Below, in pieces: positions 36,155 through 36,204 of a DNA stretch of 36,204 nucleotides. Location of the stretch: the sequence record DRR378314_367; one strand, given 5' to 3'. Both the position numbers and the translations under genes were made by a program. Under the pieces are notes generated by a model, which had not been told where the DNA came from, made no database searches, and saw only the letters and a program-made list of their open reading frames with translations. The number at the start of each line of letters is the position of its first letter. Position 1 is the first letter of the stretch.

Positions 36155-36204
36155 TGGTGCTGCTGGAGAGAATTGAACTCTCGACCTCTCCCTTACCAAG
36201 GGAG
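36155..36204 (-). tRNA. trnT: tRNA-Thr(GGT), 3' half (5' end lies beyond the window)
   Basis: Reverse complement CTCCC-TTGGTAA-GGGAG (anticodon arm, GGT), AGGTC, GAGAG-TTCAATT-CTCTC (T arm), CAGCAGC-A-CCA. Confidence 0.95.

Overview
GC-rich bacterial DNA whose gene content and protein sequences point to a marine Rhodobacterales (roseobacter-group) alphaproteobacterium; the taxonomy is inferred. The window is a mosaic of modules. (1) A partial 3-hydroxyisobutyrate-dehydrogenase-family gene, then copA-cueR with a visible CueR operator. (2) PNPOx-like, acyl-CoA dehydrogenase and double-SnoaL genes. (3) A LysR facing an operon for a fused ThDP E1-alpha/beta enzyme, an atypical FabD-like acyltransferase and a pipecolate-oxidase-like flavoprotein, with no E2/E3. 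(4) An SDR/LysR pair. (5) A LysR facing a self-sufficient B12 reductive dehalogenase, followed by a three-subunit molybdenum hydroxylase and a MoaD-like gene. (6) A LysR facing ALDH, M19 amidohydrolase, a 561-aa unknown, a DUF3726-like gene, an Ldh_2 reductase and a BCCT transporter; from memory this matches the recently described homarine catabolic cluster. (7) A translationally coupled five-gene biosynthetic operon (FabH-like, extended SDR, metallo-beta-lactamase fold, F390-synthetase-like adenylating enzyme, sulfotransferase) ending 60 bp from the 3' end of a tRNA-Thr(GGT). Modules 7 and 3 are the best candidates for undescribed systems. No CRISPR array, integrase or transposase was seen. 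All family calls come from motif reading and recall, not database searches.
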